Positions 62,330 to 64,000 of a stretch of DNA of 64,000 nt are shown piece after piece (positions within the stretch are counted from its first letter, which is position 1; the number at the start of each line of letters is the position of its first letter). The stretch covers positions 14,679 to 78,678 of the forward strand of contig JAFMIZ010000001.1 in assembly GCA_017853715.1 (NCBI GenBank), written 5' to 3'. The position numbers and the translations under genes are program-made. The DNA is from Pedosphaera sp. (GTDB taxonomy: Bacteria; Verrucomicrobiota; Verrucomicrobiia; Limisphaerales; DSYF01). A model generated the notes under the pieces. That model saw only the letters and a program-made list of their open reading frames with translations, was not told the origin of the DNA and did not search any database.

Positions 62330-64000
62330 ATGAGTAAAATCGTCGGCATAGATTTGGGCACCACCAACTCACTGGTGGCCACAGTGGATTCTGGCATCCC
62401 GCTGGTTCTCGCGGACGCAGGCGGCAAACGCCTGACTCCATCAGTCGTGCATCTATCGAAACCCGGAGAGAAGCCGCTGGTTGGACTCCCGGCCAGCCGC
62501 CTGCGAGCCCTAAGACCTTCGGAGACAGTTTACTCAGTGAAGCGCTTCATCGGCCGCCGCGCCAATGAACTGACCGACACGGACGCGGATGTCCCCTACC
62601 CGCTTAGCCGCAGCGGCTCTGGCCCGGCGACGATTGACCTGCATGGCCATTCTTGGACACCGGAAGAAATCTCCGCTGAAGTCCTGAAGAAGCTCAGAGC
62701 GGATGCCGAATCCAGTTTAGGTGAATCCGTGACCCGCGCAGTCATCACCGTGCCCGCCTACTTCAACGACGCCCAACGCAACGCCACCAAGCGCGCGGGC
62801 GAACTGGCCGGCTTCACCGTCGAACGCATCATCAACGAACCCACCGCCGCCGCGCTCGCCTACGGCTTGGACAAGCTGAAGGAGAAATCGAAGATCGCCG
62901 TTTACGATCTTGGCGGTGGCACATTCGACCTTTCGATCCTGGAACTCAACGAGGCCGTGTTCCAGGTGATCGCCACGCACGGCAACACCCGACTGGGCGG
63001 CGACGACATTGATCGCGCGGTGACCGAACACCTCGCCAGCCAGGTCGAACAACAATCCGGCAAAGTGCTTCGGCATACCGGCACCCGGCAGGCAAGCCCC
63101 GAACAACTCATCGTCTGGTCCAAGCTTCGCGAAGCCGCTGAACAAGCAAAGATCAAGCTCTCGACGGAAAACGAGACCGACATCGCCCTGCCCTTCCTGC
63201 TGCCCGATTACAGCCTCAGTTATCGCCTCACCCGGGACGAACTGGAACGCATCGCCCGCCCCATCGTCCTGCGAACGCGCGAGCACTGCCTGCGTTCACT
63301 TGCCGATGCGGGGCTCGAAGCCCGCGACCTTGACCAAGTGATTTTGGTGGGCGGCCAAACGCGCATGCCCCTCGTGCGCCAACTGGTGGCAGAATGGTTT
63401 GGGTGCGCTGAGTTCGAGGAAACACGCGGCGGCCTTCGGCTGGGAACGGAATATCACGAAGCCGGCGGCCCATTACTCAACACGGGCGTAAACCCCGATG
63501 AAGCGGTTGCGCTCGGCGCCGCCATCCAAGCTGCCATCCTCTCCGGCGACTTGCGCAACGTGCTGCTGCTCGACGTGACACCGCTGTCCCTGGGATTGGA
63601 AACGTTTGGCGGCTTAATGAATGTGATCATCCCGCGCAACACCACCATTCCGGTAAAGGCGGGCGAAATGTTCACCACCGCCGTGGATAACCAACGGGAC
63701 ATGCTCATCCATGTGCTCCAAGGCGAACGCGAGCGCGCGAAGGACAATTGGAGCCTGGGCAAGTTCACGCTGGAGTTCGGACCAGCGCCTCGCGGGGTGC
63801 CGCGTGTCGGCGTGCAATTCGAGATTGATGCCAACGGAATCCTCAACGTGCTCGCCCGCGACACGCGCACGGGCAAGGAGAAAATCGTCCCGATGAAATC
63901 CGCCGTGGACGTGGACGACGAAGCCGTGACCCGCATGGTGGAGGAGTCTGTGGAACACGCCTTCGCTGACCTTGCGACCCGCCGCTGGGTGGAGGCGAAG
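62330..64000 (+). CDS. Hsp70-family chaperone (HscA/DnaK-like), 3' end outside the window
   Basis: Not in the ORF track because there is no stop in the window. The ATG at 62330 opens a 557-codon frame: [77 protein letters not shown]. Confidence 0.9.
   Translation, partial: MSKIVGIDLGTTNSLVATVDSGIPLVLADAGGKRLTPSVVHLSKPGEKPLVGLPASRLRALRPSETVYSVKRFIGRRANELTDTDADVPYPLSRSGSGPATIDLHGHSWTPEEISAEVLKKLRADAESSLGESVTRAVITVPAYFNDAQRNATKRAGELAGFTVERIINEPTAAALAYGLDKLKEKSKIAVYDLGGGTFDLSILELNEAVFQVIATHGNTRLGGDDIDRAVTEHLASQVEQQSGKVLRHTGTRQASPEQLIVWSKLREAAEQAKIKLSTENETDIALPFLLPDYSLSYRLTRDELERIARPIVLRTREHCLRSLADAGLEARDLDQVILVGGQTRMPLVRQLVAEWFGCAEFEETRGGLRLGTEYHEAGGPLLNTGVNPDEAVALGAAIQAAILSGDLRNVLLLDVTPLSLGLETFGGLMNVIIPRNTTIPVKAGEMFTTAVDNQRDMLIHVLQGERERAKDNWSLGKFTLEFGPAPRGVPRVGVQFEIDANGILNVLARDTRTGKEKIVPMKSAVDVDDEAVTRMVEESVEHAFADLATRRWVEAK

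Overview
GC-rich bacterial chromosomal segment, coding almost end to end on both strands. The gene content suggests a PVC-group organism, most likely Verrucomicrobiota (inference only): a DUF1559/H-X9-DG prepilin-like gene, a MoxR-DUF58-DUF4381-BatA-BatB operon, a Gfo/Idh/MocA plus xylose-isomerase-like TIM-barrel pair, and a cadherin-like repeat protein. I call about 50 intact CDS, one tRNA-Ala(GGC), four decayed genes, four intrinsic terminators and two short repeat families. The decayed genes are a prepilin-like gene, a class 3 fructose-1,6-bisphosphatase, a GH18-like lipoprotein and an IS1380-type transposase. Most content is housekeeping. In window order: ClpB; an amino-sugar cluster (ROK kinase, PIG-L deacetylase, NagB, TIM-barrel enzyme, Gfo/Idh/MocA oxidoreductase, NupG-like MFS) next to a dipeptide epimerase; GlgA; SerS; IlvE-McsA-McsB-ClpC; TyrA-AroA-Cmk-PlsC; Dxr-CdsA; the Bat-like operon; RpsF-Ssb-RplI, Pth, L25, Prs; MnmA; GltB/GltD; an exported SOD; NusB; a PHP phosphatase; FtsY; a disulfide oxidoreductase; GluQRS; UppP; a LysM protein; Kdo transferase; an ArsB/NhaD-type permease; and an Hsp70. 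The Hsp70 ORF (62330 to window end) is missing from the supplied ORF track because it has no stop in the window. I see no CRISPR array, rRNA, prophage or recognisable defence island, and I cannot point to a clear new multi-gene system. The most unexplained signals are non-coding. (1) A terminator/antiterminator switch sits in the leader of an uncharacterised 110-aa gene (62001-62330, minus strand), followed by a strand-specifically structured 287-nt spacer before the permease. (2) A 1.9-kb gene-free region (3460-5357) carries 11-bp-phased CTTTACC arrays and paired inverted-repeat boxes. (3) A degenerate AAATCGN heptamer array is present both in an intergenic spacer and inside the gluQ coding sequence. 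(4) The amino-sugar cluster has a PIG-L deacetylase in place of NagA. All family assignments come from motif recognition by eye; no database search or folding program was run.
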